DNA of 64,000 nt from Octopus sinensis (lineage: Eukaryota), in NCBI RefSeq assembly GCF_006345805.1, contig NC_042999.1:157790001-157854000 (forward strand). The letters are read 5' to 3'. Shown in pieces: positions 62,146 to 64,000 of this stretch. Within the stretch, counting starts at the first letter, position 1, and every line of letters begins with the position of its first letter. Under the pieces are notes generated by a model. It was not told where the DNA came from and did not search any database. It saw only the letters and a program-made list of their open reading frames with translations. Made by a program: the position numbers and the translations under genes.

Positions 62146-62495
62146 AGGCGCAGGAGTGGCTGTGTGGTAAGTAGCTTGCTAACCAACACATGGTTCCGGG
62201 TTCAGTCCCATACATGGCATCTTGGGCAAGTGTCTTCTGCTATAGAGCCCCGGGCCCCGACCAATGCCTTGTGAGTGGATTTGGTAAACGGAAACTGAAA
62301 GAAGCCTGTCGTATATATGTATATATATATAAGTGTGTGTGTGTTGTATATGTTGTGTGTCTGGTTTGTCCCCCTACCATTGCTTGACAACCGATGCTGG
62401 TGTGTTTTACGTCCCCGTTACTTAGGCGTTCGGCAAAAGAGACCGATACAATAAGTACTGGGCTTACAAAGATAAGTCCCGGGGTCGATTTGGCT
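62146..62495 (+). mobile_element. SINE family A, 3'-truncated
   Basis: Family consensus with small indels. Confidence 0.85.
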
Positions 62496-62751
62496 CTGCA
62501 ATATCTTATAACTAGATATATCTATTTCCAAGCCATTAAGCTTTTATTTTAATTTACATATCGCTTTATATTCTCCTTTATTAGTTTTCTGCTTATTTCT
62601 TTCTTTACCCACTTCTCTTTCTATAGGCTACTTTTGACGTTATATCTTCTAACGGTTTAAAAAAAAAACTTAATAGCATTCCGTTCATCATTATACACAT
62701 CCATCACATTCTGTTAAAATGTCTTATTGATGAGTTTGGTTTCTTTCTTTC

Positions 62752-62839
62752 TTTCCCTGATGAGAAGATTACATTGTTTTACACCATTTTATTCGTTTTG
62801 AAATAATACCAATATTGTCTTCGAAACATATATCGGAAG
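62752..62839 (+). ncRNA. Type I hammerhead, canonical core, long stem II
   Basis: TTTCC-CTGATGA-GAAGA..TCTTC-GAAA, near-palindromic stem III ACATATAT, C17, GGAAG; the partner arm 63481-63568 (minus) has CTGGTGA. Confidence 0.65.
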
Positions 62840-62861
62840 TAAAAGAATTTGAATGACACCA

Positions 62862-62960
62862 TAGGAAAAAATGGACCTGAACGAAGATTTAACAAAATTC
62901 CTTTAGAAAATAAAATAAAGGAATTTTGTTAAATCTTCGTTCAGCTCCTTTTTTTTCCTA
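62862..62960. repeat. ~100-bp hairpin with 29-bp perfect stem
   Basis: CTGAACGAAGATTTAACAAAATTCCTTTA / TAAAGGAATTTTGTTAAATCTTCGTTCAG plus outer TAGGAAAAAA/TTTTTTCCTA. Confidence 0.9.
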
Positions 62961-63128
62961 TACTTAATATATAAAACTTCAAATTTCTGCATTAAGGCAC
63001 GGATTTTATGCCCCATGGTCGTAACTTCAACCGTGCTCTTTCTGTTGTGATTTTTGCTACTCAGGTATCGGTTATCATTTGAATTATCCATAATAAGATA
63101 TTTATTTATCTACTTCAATATAATATAT

Positions 63129-63190
<62 letters not shown>

Positions 63191-64000
63191 ATAGATATAT
63201 ATATATTATATATTTATATATATATATTATATATGTATATATATATATATATATAATATATGTAATATATATATATAAATGGATGTGTGTATTTTTCCCT
63301 TGTTTACAATTAACATGGAAAAAAATAAACAGTACCAGGGCAGCAAAAAAATCACACAAGTAATAAAGACGCAACACCCTGTTTGTAAAGGCATAAACTC
63401 CGTGTTGGTGTGAAATATTTTGTATGATATATATAAATAAATAAATGGAGTTAAACACAGGTGTCATTCAAATTCTTTTACTTCCGATATATGTTTCGAA
63501 GACAATATTGGTATTATTCCAAAACGAATAAAATGGTGTAAAACAATGTAATCTTCTCACCAGGGAAAGAAAGAAAGAAACCAAACTCATCAATAAGACA
63601 TTTTAACAGAATGTGATGGATGTGTATAATGATGAATGGAATCCTATTAGGTTTTTTTAAAAAACCGTTAGAAGATATAACGTCAAAAGTAGCCTATAGA
63701 AAGAGAAGTGGGTAAAGAAAGAAATAAGCAGAAAACTAATAAAGGAAAATATAAAGCGATATGTAAATTAAAATAAAAGCTTAATGGCTTGGAAATAGAT
63801 ATAACTAGTGGAAGTGAAATGTAAGAAGAAAATCAATGTTCAAATTATATAGAATGGTAGATATCACTTATATGGACTAAAGGTCTATTTCTGCCAATGT
63901 TTTCATCGATAAGCACGCTCTATAAACGTGCTTACAAGAGGTTTCTCAGAAACTAGAATATAAAGTAGTTCACTATTACAGAATTGCCAGAATTATTTGC

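Larger units (their letters stand above)
62511..63809. mobile_element. Inverted pair of ~350-bp pLTR-like arms (62511-62860 and 63460-63809), each with a hammerhead
   Basis: Arms are near-exact reverse complements. Confidence 0.85.

Overview
AT-rich, microsatellite-dense animal genomic DNA, intronic or intergenic, with a 100-N gap at 56304-56403. The SINE families look like those I recall from octopus genomes; that taxon is inferred, not checked by search. There is no intact protein-coding gene, rRNA, true tRNA or CRISPR array. Most long ORFs in the track are translations of simple repeats. The window holds about 35 tRNA-derived SINE copies in 4 families, a full-length dead mariner, non-autonomous Helitrons, hAT-type and other MITEs, foldback elements, and relics of RTE, R4/Dong, CRE-like, Penelope-like and gag-knuckle ORF1 retroelements. 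The main finding is about 12 type I hammerhead ribozyme (HHR) folds from about 7 sequence families, most with palindromic stem III and several with non-canonical cores: U3 variants, U4C in three unrelated families, and A6U. One family forms ~355-nt partial-tandem units at (TA)n sites, and its two diverged HHR copies (33.7 kb and 47.25 kb) covary in stems I and III and at the 3-8 pair. It is a candidate retrozyme or Penelope pLTR system that may replicate through circular RNA. Folding was done by eye and no ribozyme activity is shown.
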